The position numbers and the translations under genes are program-made. Below the pieces are notes generated by a model, which searched no databases, was not told the DNA's origin, and saw only the letters and a program-made list of their open reading frames with translations. DNA of 61,076 nt, filler included, from Sphacelaria rigidula (lineage: Eukaryota), in the NCBI GenBank assembly GCA_964200075.2. It is 4 parts of 4 records of this genome, joined end to end, with 100 filler letters (N's around TTAATTAATTAA, not from the genome) between each part and the next. Parts side by side here need not be neighbours in the genome. Positions count along the whole stretch, not along the records: positions 30,591 to 45,785 come from CAXNAA020001870.1; positions 45,886 to 61,076 come from CAXNAA020001871.1; 2 more parts are not named here. One strand, 5' to 3'. Positions 40,791 to 53,600 of the stretch are shown here, one piece after another (the stretch's first letter is position 1; every line of letters begins with the position of its first letter).

Positions 40791-43700
40791 CGCGTATTTG
40801 GGTGTCAGAACGCCTGGTTCGACTGAACAAGTCCAATAACTGTGGGGGATGCTATTCGTAAAATGCACGTCCCCCCCCTCCTCCAGCATACAATACACGG
40901 ATTGCCGACTTCATGTGTCTTTTCAACGAGCATCTCGTGCATACCTCCAGAATACATAGGCTACCGACCACGCGGTGGATATGCATCAAAGCAACTAATG
41001 TTGTGATGAGGTTGCAAAGTATCATGAATATGCTCTGGGAAAGTCTTGTCAAATATGAGGTTCAACATCGCGTTGAGGTTGAAGTAGGTCCAACCTCACC
41101 GCGATGTTGAACCCCCACTTCCGACGAACATCTCACATTTAACTCTATCACCCCAATCGAGAACAGCACCCCAATGTCGTTCATTGGCGCTGCATTCCGA
41201 TCCAAGTTTGCAACAACTCTCACGTCAACGCGGAGCCTGGGTGTGTCGACCTCTCACATTGACCTGAACACGGTAAATTGTGGGTCGTGTTGTATGAACA
41301 ACGCACGTCCCCACCCACCTCCGGCACGCATATTTGCACGCACCTGTATGCAGGGTATACTTCAGCACGCAGAACGAAATAGGGAAGGTTCTAGATGTAT
41401 ATCTCTTCATAGAAGGGTTGATAGGAATATCTAAATAACGCATATTTTTGCCCATGTTCGAATTACCCCAAAACCCTGAACTTGATCAAAATCATACGAA
41501 TTTCAGCATAGATACGCCCATAGACGTAGAAGACGTTTACTGCATATTTTCCACGGTTAGGAAGGAAAGAAAACAAATCGTGATTCAACTCATGTTTGTC
41601 ATCCTAACGAATAAATCATACGAGTCGTACATCATTTGTAATTCATACGGGTTTCGAGCTCTTGTATCGTGCAGTACACCGTCAACGGTACCCGTTTCCT
41701 ACCTCCAGGGCATAGGGGGTAGATCAATGACACATGTTAACCCCCTGTAGAAAAATGCGGAATGGATCAATTTTACATGCCACCCACACTTACCATGAGG
41801 CGTGAAGAGCATCTACATCTATGCCATACGTATGTCTCCGTGCGGGACGAAGAGTCGGCACATCGTTGAATCCTGTCATGACATGGGCCTTGCATCGGTC
41901 GTACGTTTCTCCCAATCTGTATGCGGCTGAGATGACTGTACTGCATATGCTATTCACCGTCGGGTGCATGCGGGACCAACACTTGAATACAGGTTGAATC
42001 CTGCCATGTCATGAGGAGCAACTCGTATAAATCTTGATTTGCCCTAACCGTGATATTTTCCCCCCAAGCATAGTACAATGCTTATTGAAAACATGGCTCC
42101 TCTCACGAGGGCTTCGTCATACAAGCTTTTATAGCCTAGAAACGGGTTTTAGCTCTCGAAGCAATATCTCATCGACACGGACGAGTTAGGCCGTGATCAG
42201 CATGTGTTATTAATTGCATAGTCGTGGAGAAGATGCCTATCTGCTCCAAAGTCTGGGTCAATTTCGTCCCGATGATTAAACGCCATGTCGAGTAATTCCT
42301 ATATAGTAAGGAGATAGGGTCCATACTCAAGTCTATATGAAACCTTGAACGAGATATACAACGGATGGTGACGATGTTTGGTGTGGACATACCCTGGAGC
42401 ACGAGGAAACGATCGATACCCTCCCTTTCATATTTGGTACGAAGAAGGAATAGGGCATATAGAACAAATGGGACAAGAATAACCAAGGTCCAGTAGAATG
42501 TCCATTAGCTCATGAAAAAGCAGAACCTCTTGTCCCAAGATATTCTGTTTTACTATGTCCTGTTCATTCTTGATACTAAATTCGAAAGCCCAAATCTCCG
42601 AATTGAGGTGAGAGCGGACCTGCAACCTACAGATCTGCTCCTAGGCTGGACCAGCTCGTACGTGTCGCCCTTATTGTCTACTTATCGACGACAGTTGCGG
42701 GGATCCGCAGCGAAGCAGCGGTTCCAATCGATGATGCGTGTGTCGGTCATACTTTCCCTCCCTAATCCAGTACAAAGTATGTTCGATATAGTGCCTATCG
42801 GCAAAATATCCTCCTCTCATGAGGGCTTGGCTATGTGTATCACCCCTTTTCTCCGCTTCTTGAACAAACTTAGCAATAGTTACCGACATTACCACTCGCT
42901 TCTAGAAAAGGCGCGAGGTACCGGAGCACAGCAAAGGTCCCCGAGCGGCTTGTACATACATACATTGGTTGTCCAATATATCGTCGCCCACACTGCCCCA
43001 ATCAATATATATATATATTGATTGGACAATATGTTTGCAATCCCACGGTGCCAATATATATTGGGCGGGCAATATGTTTGCAATTCCACAACACGACTAT
43101 TTATTGGACGGACGACACTCGTGCAGTACCAGGGTACCGATCTACATATATATATATTGCGCCGAAAATATATCGCCGCATTCCAACATGAACGACTTAC
43201 ATATATATTGGAAGCATGGTGTGTTGCCCGGAGTGTGTAAGATACATGAAAGGCCACGAGGTGTCCCTTCAACCCGTATACACCGCTATTTGTATTTTTT
43301 TTGAGGTGTCGCAAAAAACGAACTAGTCGGTTCTTTTTTCCGTGATGGCTTGAAGAAGGGTTTCAACATTGGCTAAAGAAGAGGGCGATTGAAATCCCGA
43401 AGTTGATGGAATGAAAGAAAACTATACCGAAATTCGTCTCACGTCAGGGAACATGTCTTTGGGAGGGATGCATGAGAAATCTGTTTTTTTTCACACATGG
43501 TGTAGCGTCGTGCGTATCGATGCTCTCCTTCTGAAGTGAACGGCTGTCTCGAACCGTTGGTAATAGAGTCATGTCAATCATCGCGAACATCCCCTGCTCA
43601 TCTCTTACTGTCCGCGGCGCACCTTCTTCTTGCGAAGCGTTGCAGTAGTCAGCTGATACTGTATATGCGTTTGAAAGCGATTTTTCCAGGGTTTTTGGCT

Positions 43701-43951
43701 AACTTGTGATGATGTACTTGAGGGATGAAATATACCCGTACCCGACACAAAATTCGAATATGAAAGCGTTTGTGTGGTCCATTTTGAATGGCTGACGGAC
43801 CGCTGGTTGTCGCAGGTCTGGTTCCATGAGTTCACAACCCCAGTTAATCGCTTCTTGACATGTTCGCTCGACCCAATCGATCGATCGAATCGCTTGTTAT
43901 GAACAATTTCATGGTTCAGTTGTTTAATCCAAGGCGTTTCAGTGCGTTTCA

Positions 43952-44068
43952 CCCTTTCGGAACCCATTGACGATTTGTTTTGGTGAATCGGCGTCATTTT
44001 TTACTTGAAAACGAATAAAAATAATGCCGATTCACGAAAACATGAATCGGGAATGAGTTCCAAAAGGG
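43952..44068. mobile_element. 117-bp piggyBac-like MITE, copy 2
   Basis: TTCA|CCCTTTCGGAACCCATTGACG...GAGTTCCAAAAGGG|TTAA. Homologous to 46203-46319. Confidence 0.8.
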
Positions 44069-45694
44069 TTAAGCCAGAAAACCGCGCTTCTGGACCAAAT
44101 GTGACCATCGGCATCGCCCCGAAAAAGGGGTTCACTCCACAAAGTCCCGACAATAGAACCTTGGGAGATTCAGCACAAGAGCGACCTGACTCTTGTATCA
44201 GCACGTACCGATTCTCGAACCTCAAAGCAAAGATGACGACTTGTGTGCGGGAAGATACCCTCTCTATGTCAACCCGGTATCCAAGTGCTACCTACTGTGC
44301 AATACCTTTGTGGTGTACAAGCCAGCACTGAGTTTCGATACTCGGAGTGCCCTGCTGTTCTCTTGAACGATATATAGTAGTGTCTTTGCACTAAACCTTG
44401 ATCACTCCCGGGGGTCATTTTCCTCGTGTCTTGTTTTTACCGGCTGTCCATCCGCCTTGCAGATTCCAGCACCTACGCCTGCTTTCAACCCCAACGGTAA
44501 TGACACCGGGCCACCTCCGTCGGTAGACTTGGGCTCAGCAGCGGCACCTGATGCCAACCGAGGAACACAGGTGACTCTTCATCGATTGGGGCTGTTTCGT
44601 TTGTGTTTATTCTCTTTGACGCCCCCCCTCATGCTCCGTCTCGAAAGGGATGCGTGGTCAATGGTCAAATGACTAAGGCAAGCAACAAATGAGTACGCCC
44701 CCCCCCCCTCCCTATTTAAATGGTGAGACACCCGTGAGGCAGTGTATACGCCGTGACTGTTTCTGGAAGTGGCGATACCAGAATATAAAGCAAGTCAGTG
44801 GAGGCTGTCATCCAAATGCAAGATGATCAGTGGGGTTCGCGGCGAACAATCTTAGCAGGATGCGGCTCACTCTTCATGCGACTCGCCGACCGCATCACGG
44901 CGCTTCGCGCTTGGTGATTGAATGCGAGCCTGGTCCGGCGAAAACTCGGCGTGCTCCGTCGCGGCTTTGTAGGGATGCGAGTCTTATGACTATGGCATAC
45001 ATGATCATGAGTACACCCCCCCCTTCCCCACTCCTCGGCACGAGTGCTTGGTCTTGAAGCACTAGTCCACCCCCTCCTCGGTACCTGCCTCGCATCATGT
45101 AAGCCAGCCTCAGCTCCACCGAGAGCCGTCGACTTTCATCGTTGTTTGTCGATGTATCCCTGGAATATGGCTTCTGTGCAGGGTATGTGAGGCACCTTGT
45201 AGACGTATATTTTCATTGCCCCTAAGTTCGATCTTAGCAGAGGTTGTCTGAGGAGGGTCCTCGAAGACGTAACGTCTGATGACACTCACGAGCTACGTGT
45301 GAGTGTAATCCGCTGGGACATTTTTGTGCGGTCTAGTGAAGGCGGGTGGTTGGGGCTGCACATTGTGCGCTGCCAGAAACTATTCCGTTCACCTCATTCA
45401 CTCTCAGCTCGAACATATATCTCCATCTGCGGTCACCCGCTTGGAGGTCAGGTTCTTTTTCGTCATCTACTCTCGCTCTCGACGTCAGAGGCATACCACA
45501 ATATCCCTTGTCTGGCCCTGTACCTGCGGTGCCCTCCCCCAACCCTCCCTGTTTCGTCTGTTCAAACGCGGAACTCAGGAACCTACGCCCACGGCGTATT
45601 GAAGAATCTTGACGTCGAAGCCTGTGGCGTACTGCCTAGAACGTTTCGGTTACTCTCGTTTTCAAATACGGTATTTCAAGTCGTCCAGAACACG

Positions 45695-45731
<37 letters not shown>

Positions 45732-45785
45732 ACCTCAACACAGGACCAACAAAAAGCGGGTTATTGCGACGGAATACGAGCGAAA

Positions 45786-45885
45786 NNNNNNNNNNNNNNN
45801 NNNNNNNNNNNNNNNNNNNNNNNNNNNNNTTAATTAATTAANNNNNNNNNNNNNNNNNNNNNNNNNNNNNNNNNNNNNNNNNNNN
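45786..45885. other. Artificial contig spacer
   Basis: 44N + TTAATTAATTAA (45830-45841) + 44N. Confidence 0.98.
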
Positions 45886-46202
45886 GCTCGTGAGGGGTTG
45901 CTATGTCGTGGGGGGGGGGGGGGGGGGGGGCGGAGGATATCGTAGAAAGTGTCCTCGGTAAATTAGTAGCGATCAAACGTTGGGGTGATGAGGTGATCAT
46001 TGGGCAATAGTGGTTAACTTGTATACATTCCAGCATGCACGGTCGAGCTCCGTCTCGGCCTTTCAAAGTCTTCGTCATATCGTAGGCGGTGCACAACACG
46101 AGATATGTCCCACCAGACTTGGCCAAAAGCTCGTACAAGGGATCCAGGTAGGATGATGCTCGGTTGGTCACTGTGTGTCAAGTACCCGGGTCGGGTTATT
46201 AA

Positions 46203-46319
46203 CCCTTTTGGAACCCATTGATGATTTTTGTTTCGTGAATTGGCGTCATTTTCACTTCAAAATGACTGAAAATGATGCCGATTCGCAAAAGCAAAAATCG
46301 TCAATGGGTTCCAGAAGGG
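46203..46319. mobile_element. 117-bp piggyBac-like fold-back MITE with TTAA TSD
   Basis: TTAA|CCCTTTTGGAACCCATTGATGATTTTTG...CAAAAATCGTCAATGGGTTCCAGAAGGG|TTAA. CCC/GGG ends plus TTAA duplication are piggyBac hallmarks. Confidence 0.88.
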
Positions 46320-47602
46320 TTAAGGCGCCGTTTGGAAAGCTACGCGCACTTTCCAGCACACGTTGCGCACAGCACGCCGCTGAACTGCCCGCGCAGCTCC
46401 AGTTGGGCGAGTACCCTAGCAGCGCTACAGTCCGTGAGGAAGAGATGTAATGGTGCTTGAAGGGGAATGCCGTACTCGGGCGTACCCCTGTTTTTTCACA
46501 GTAACGAACGACCCAAGGTACCTGAGGTATTGACTCCCGAAAACTCTCAGTGTTGCAAACGTCTCGAGGAACAGAAAGTCGACAGTGTGGAGAATGCTAG
46601 CGTATCCAGGGTGTTAGCTGCCGAAAGTATGAGACATTTCAGGGATTGTAGGGTATTTATTGCCAAATGTATTCCGTATACCAGGGTTCCCAGCGTGTGG
46701 CGTACAGAAAATAGTTTGTAATAGTCTGTATTTCAGGGTATCGGAAAAGGGGTAATGACCTCCGGAAATACTCAGTATTCAAGGGTACATAAAGTACCGC
46801 AAGGCACGGATCAACCGAAACGGGCTAGGTAACGCCAACACGTGCTCAAGACGTGCCACCATACCCCAGAAGGGCCAACATTGTCTGAACATTGGCAAGG
46901 AGCATGCTTTTGGGCGAATGTCGGAGCAAAGCGCTGGCGGGGCCATACCGCTTGCAACACATGAATCTCATGACACGAAGAACAGCGAAAATGTACATTT
47001 GACGTCATTCAACATCAACGGGGGCTCCCGTACACTAGTCTCTACATAATGCTCCGCAACGAGGTGGTTCGGGTAGGGGTGTTGTGCATCAGACACCCTA
47101 GGATCCTAGGGTATTTTTCATACTAGCACATTAGACTCCCCGCCATTCTTCACTCATTACCCGCCCGCCTCGAGTCAGACTCGTCCTCTTTTTTCGAGAA
47201 GACGCGAAAATAGGACCCGAGTCTCACCGGGTCATTATTTTTCAAGATGAATCGTGGGACTCGAGTAAAACTCGTCCTCGTTTGTCGAAGGACTGGAGTC
47301 AGCCTCGTCTTCCTCTTCCAAACATGGCTCGTAGGACTTGTGGAGTATCTACACTTTTCGTCCAGAACACGACTGTTACGGCAATCCAGAGTAATCAGGG
47401 GACGTATGGCACGCGTGTGCTGAGCCTTCTCCCCAGAAAAAACTCAGTGTACAACCGCTTGGCCATAGTTACAGGGCGGCCGCCCTTCTTCACTCAATGA
47501 CCTTAACGATAATCAGAAGGCAAATCAATGGATGGAGGGGTACCCATACAACACGTACGGTGCAAACTCGGCTCAACGCGAAGAAGCAAAAATCGCACAC
47601 AC

Positions 47603-50600
47603 CTTCGATAGCCACAATCCGGACGCAAGCGAGGCCTCATCGTCATTCCTAGCCCCACCTAAGATCGCTCTGTCGCCGGCAAGGCCACCCCCATCTTGCC
47701 GAGCATTCCAATACCTGCTTTCAGTGACTCCCGCCAAAACTTCTCCCTCTTCAGCGTCAGTCGCTCGTCTGCCTGCTGTTCCTCTACCATCACGCTGCCC
47801 GCCTTGCCCTTGACGGGCGCCAGCTCCTGATTCAGCGGCGAACAGCTCCGATACCGTCCAGGAAGACAGCACGAGACGGTGGAGGTTGGTCGCACCTTCC
47901 TTGGCAAGCGTCGCCGGGTCCAAAGTTTTAGCTGGCACACTTTCGATAGGAGGGGGCTTTCCGGCAGCCACGTCCGTACCCGCGCGTCGCGCAGTCGCCG
48001 CCGCCGCCGCGGCAAAAGACTCTTTCGCGGCTGACGCGGCGGCGGCAGCGACGACGGTGCCGGAAGCCGAGGTGGCGGAAGTGGAAGTTGGGGCCAGTCG
48101 ACCGCTGATCTCTTGCCCACCGGCCCTTTGCTTGCGCTGCATCTCTTTCCAGCTTTTCAATGCCTCGCCGTTTACCCGGGTTGACAAAGCCGTCGAAGTG
48201 GCTGCCGCAGCAGATTTCCGGGCGGCGAGCGCCGCTGCCTCAGCCTTCCGGTTGGCCGCTGCCTCCGCCGCAGTTATTCGTTTGGTCACGACACGGGTCT
48301 CCCCTTCAACAGTACTACTAGACACCGAAACGTCCGATGATGCCTTGCTGGTGTCTGCCGCGGCCCGTTTCGTGGCGGCTTGGGCTGCGTTTCGGCGTTT
48401 TGCTCCGCCACTATTCTCGCCATCGCTGGTGCGAGAAGATTTTCCGGGCTTCTTCGGGCGCACTGCTCGCCGCTTGCCAGTTTCATTGGACACAGCAGTG
48501 ACGCGGCCTCCTGACGTGCTCTTCTTAATCCAGGGAGCCTCGGCCGCGACCTCACGCCGTCGTCGCTGCCTCTTCCGTTCCTTCGGGCCTGCCTCTTGTC
48601 GATGACTTTCCGGCTCAGGCATTTCCGGTTCAGGTCGTTCCGGCTCAGGCTTTTTCGGCTCAGGCCTTTCCGGCTCAGGTCTTTCCGGCTCAGACCTTAC
48701 CGGCTCAGGCCTTTCGGGCTCAGGCTTTTCCGGCTCAGGTCGTTCCGGCGCAGGTTTTTCGGGCTCAAGTTGTTTGGGCTCAAGTCTTTCCGGCTCAGGA
48801 ATGTTCATATCAGGTCCTTCGTCCCACGTTGTCTCATATAGATCACCTGGCATGTCATCTTGCGCCGGACAATCGGTGTCAGAATCGGATCCGTCATCGG
48901 CAGCGCCGGCAAAATATGGACTTTTCACTGTGCCGCCAGTCGGAGAAGACGACACATCCGTTGCAACGCCGCTGAGCTTCGCGGACACACCAAAGTAAGG
49001 ACTTGTGGCCGGCACCACAGGCGTTGATGAGGCCTCAGTTGAACGTCCGTCGTCTCTCCCATAAGCTCTCTTGATCCAAGCGGTCGAAGGGTCTTCATAG
49101 CCATCGTCAGTACTAGCAGGTTTGCGGGCAGGTTTCTTGGGGGATGATTCCGATCGTGAAGTAGAACTTGAGTCTCTGGCGTATACCTGCCGCATCGGCT
49201 TCATCTTCGATACAGGTGCACCAACTGTCGCTTCCGTCGAATAGGTCGGTAATGCTTTTGTGCTCACCGGTGGTGCGATTTCCTTCACCATTTCCCTCGC
49301 GTCTGTCGCTGCCGTGGAGGTAGGATTGCGCACCCTCTCCGCCGCCGATTGCAAAGACTTCAGCATACGTGCCTCGGCCTCGTTCTCACTCAAGTCCCGC
49401 CCGGGAACATCGTCACCGTCGTCATCATACGCTCCCAACTTTCCTCCGACGAGCCCAAGAACCTTCTTCACAGGCGACGCACGACCCGCTGGACGGTCAT
49501 AACCATCAGCAACACCGGCTAGCAACAGTACCGCGCCCGGCGACGTGTCTGCAAGGGTCGGGATGAGCGCGCGTTGAACAAAGGCTGCCGCAGCCTCCCG
49601 CGCCCGTTGCGAGAGCCAGGGTTCCGTAAGCCATGAGAGAAGTGATTTGAGCCACAGCGCGCGAGAACTAAGAAATGTGTTCGCTAGATCCGGGCGACGC
49701 ATGTTCGCGACGGTCCCCGTGAGCAGCGGCCACAGGCTAGTGGGGAATCAGACAAGCGGGTGCGCATTAAGGAGGAGTGGCCCGCAAACCCGATAGGCAA
49801 CGAAACATCAAGGTTAGCGCAGAAGGGGTGCCATGACGATACATGCAAACGGTAGGGCAGCCGAGGTTGATCGATTGGCAATCGAATCGACCAAATCAAA
49901 TATTTAGGATACAGTACAACCGTACTACAGTACCGAAGCACACCCATGCTCTAATAATCACAACAGCAAAGGCGGAGCGCCGTCGTACATCCATGTGGCG
50001 TACGTAGGGTCTCACCTCTCAAGCGAAGAAAAGAGACCCTTACAAGCCTCCTCGACCCTTGTTGGGTGTTCCTCCCTCAGCGCCGGAAGAGCATCAGGAA
50101 TCACCTGAGAACAGCAAAGTTTTCGAAAACGGATGAGCAATCGTTCATCTCACGCAAGACAATCGCCAGAAACCCGTTTGACTCCCAACGGGTCGTGGCA
50201 GCTGCTCGAATGCTACTTTCTCAAACCCAGCACTTCGCGTCCGTTGTCCATGCCCTACTGTTCGTACCCGGAAGCCTCACATATATCGGTAAGTTCGCTA
50301 CGCGCTTCACAGCGCGGGCTACAAACTCGCCCACAAAGAAAAACCTACCTGCAAAAATGCGAACTCCCATATGGCTTCTAAAACGGACCACAGCTCATCT
50401 TCTTTTTCGAGATCCTTGTCTTCTTCGTCCTCCTCGCTAGGCAGAATCCATCCGGCAAACCCCCGCCTCGCAGATCGTCCGTCGCCGACGCCACCTTCGC
50501 CGCTTCCCCCACCCTCGCCACTCTGACGTGAAGGCAAGAGCACCGAGCATCCCAGCACTGCCGCCGCCTCAAACAGTCTTGCCCAACTCTGGACGGAGAG

Positions 50601-53600
50601 GTGGGGGCCGGCCGCCGCCATGGCTCCCAGGGCCTAAGATGGTGCCGTAAGTAGCAAGAGATCATAATTCCCGCCAAAACATTAGGAAAAGTTTACGGGC
50701 CACAAAAAACATGGGAGGGATTCCCAAGCATACAGCCTATACACTGCGAAACACTTTGCACGTCGATGATGCAATGTCCAACAATACGAGGTGGAGAGCT
50801 ACACATGAGGCTCTGGGATATCACACACTGGAATGCTACAAACTCATCAGTTTTGATACGCATACGAAACAGACTCGTTAAAACTCGGAAAATGTGGATT
50901 ATTGGTGAGGGTAACGACAATATATTGCAACCCCAGTTGCTGCAAGGGTTCTGATGTCACACCCCCCGTATTTTTGAGTGTCGTCGAAACCTTCGAACTG
51001 TGGACGACGCAATCCCGCTAGGAACCCGAGCCCGCACCATACCGGACGATTTCGAGATACACCACAGAGGACAGTGGTTCACCACTGCTGTTGAAATTGC
51101 TACGGGCAAATATCATGGGCCACGCCAATAAAGTGTACAGTGAGAGGGTCGAAGCTCTCAAGTGCAGGGCGGCGCATGCACTGCGTCAAGTTGACGGTGG
51201 GCTTTAGTGAGTCGGACCCCCACACTACTTTGAGCGAAGCTTGCGAACGCTGGAGGCGCCTATCCCATATGACTGCCGTAAGGTAGTCTAGCCAAGCCCC
51301 CCAGTAATGACACACAAACCCGCTTGCGGGGTAGACGTTGGGTCAGATTCCTTTACACCTTGCACAATGTATGGTCAATAGTTGCAATAGACAATAAACG
51401 TACTGCATAAAGTATAGGCCTATTGCGGCTATTGTCGGCCGGTAGTTGTTGCAATAGGCCTATACTTTATGCAGTACACTTCTCGTCTATTGAATCTATT
51501 GACCATGTATTGTCCAGGGTGTGGATTTCTTCCTTTCTTCAAAGCAAAACTAGAAAAAAAAAAGGGGGGGGGAATATCGCTGTACCGTCTCTGCAGGCCA
51601 ACGGTACCTCGCGCGACCTAGACGTGAGCGCCGCTTTATACAGGAACATGGATTCACCTGCGGCATTGCGAGGAAACACTCCCGACCGCAATCTCGCGGC
51701 AACCTGTGCAGCAAGGAATCAAACCCTGGGGTCTCGAAAGTTCCGGAGTATGCCCTTCGTATCCCGCTGTCCTTGGTGCCGGGAAACGAATGCGAAAGCA
51801 GTTGCTCGATGGATGATCGTGCTGCGGAGACCGGGACAAGAAGCGCCTGGTCTTGTAGCCATCAATACAAGGACACCGAACGGGGAAGCGTTCTGAGCGG
51901 AAGATAAAACCCTCACCAAAGGGATATGCCTCGTGCCTCTACTGCCCAATACCTCTTGAGTGCAAATAAACCTTCCTTACCCATTCGAGATCTCGCCCGC
52001 TCGCCAACCCTTTCCTTGTAATCAGTAGCACACACCGCTGCCCCACCGAAAAATAAAGCCGTAGCAAAAAGAACCCCTGCCGCTGATAAACGACCTGAGC
52101 ATTGCTCACGTGCGCTACAAGTAAACAAATGGTGTAGCGGCTGTGACGTACCGAACACACAAGCGAGTGCTCGGCTCAATTTCACCAGCGCAAGACAAAA
52201 ACGAGAGTTCACCTGGAGCATCCCGGGTGCGACAGTCACCCACTTGAGAGGTGATACCTCCGGCTGCGAAAAACAAAAGCGGGAGGAGGCGGGGGCGAGC
52301 GAGGAAGCGAGCGTGGAAGTAGTGTAGGAGTCAGGTGCGCGCCAATTTTGCCACTAACGCTCAAGTATCTTGGTAACTGTTGAGTAGTCGAAACATCTCC
52401 GGCATTGTCTACGATCACCAACAGGGAACGATAAAATGTCCTGATGGGAAACGAAAGTTTATCCCCTGTTCACCAATGGTCCGTCTCGACATGGATGCGT
52501 GGTCATTGGTCGAACGGCTGAGCAACAAAGGAGAACGCCTCCCCCCTCGCCCCCTAATCCGACTAACTGCGCAACGTATTGTTTCAAAGCTAGCTTGAGA
52601 ATAGCGTACAGTCTCACCCCTCTGGCTTTCACCGCCTCCGTCAGACGCTTCACGTAGGGCACGAATAGATTGAGGAATTGAGATAGCAAGCCCGAGTGAA
52701 GCTTGGCCAGGGTAGCCGCAGCCGCTCCGCCGTTGCCGAACGGTCGAAGAGCAGCTTGACCTGAAGATTCACAACACCACAAGGGAGTCAAGATGTGACA
52801 CATTGTACCGCAGGTATCCCTGTGCTTGTGCCTTGTGCTATCTGGGCACGCAGTTTCGACAAAGTCGTTTTGATTCATTGCTACGTTGGGGCTAAGACCT
52901 AGAAATGATCCGTTCGTATTGATCACCGTTGGTTGATTTTACCTTGCACGTTGACCCGATCGGGTCAATCGATAGCTCCGAAGGAGGAAGACGAGAGCAA
53001 CACAACAGACGTCGGAAATATGAATGGTCAGTTTGCGGGAACACACAAATTCAGTAGTTACCCTGCTTTGGGCTACAAATGTCCATGGTTGATGACACCT
53101 GACTTGAGTGTGTACACCGAGAATCGAATCTTTAGTAGAGCTGACAATCCTGTGTGCTCCTCACGTGCACAGAGCGCGTTTTCGTTGAAATCGGTGCCAC
53201 AGGCGCCGATTTGGGGTCTACAAAGGCCGCACTTTGCCCAGGAAATGCGACGTACCGCCCTCGCCCGAGGGTACTCGGTATGCGTTGGTTTGGGGTTGGG
53301 GCTAGGGGTAGCGATACTTGTAAAATTGTGTCAACCATAGACATTTGTAGCCCAACGCCGGTTAACTAGCCTCCACCAATTACACGCAGCACATATCATT
53401 CACCGCTAGTGACCAAAAACTCCAAATGAGTGCCCACTTCCTCGTACGCAACCAAAAGCGGGGATCTTTGGCATGCACACTGCCACGCGATTCGGTGGGC
53501 AAACGAATCGTGCTCCACGCACGATGACGAAACGAGAGATGCCCAGCGAGCTCGCGTGTACCGCACCGCCTGTACAGGAACTCACCGCAGGGAAGAAGAG

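Noticed and set aside
46021-46172. Possible further exon of the SETX-like gene
   Set aside because: An acceptor-like site is present, but no frame shows Sen1 motifs, so it cannot be assigned.
47886-48605. 239-aa plus-strand ORF and similar antisense ORFs
   Set aside because: Shadow ORFs on the opposite strand of the GC-rich SETX-like exon.
53286-53309. Telomere-like G-rich tract
   Set aside because: Only about 4 irregular units (GGTTTGGGGTTGGGGCTAGGGG) inside a small TIR element; not a telomeric array.
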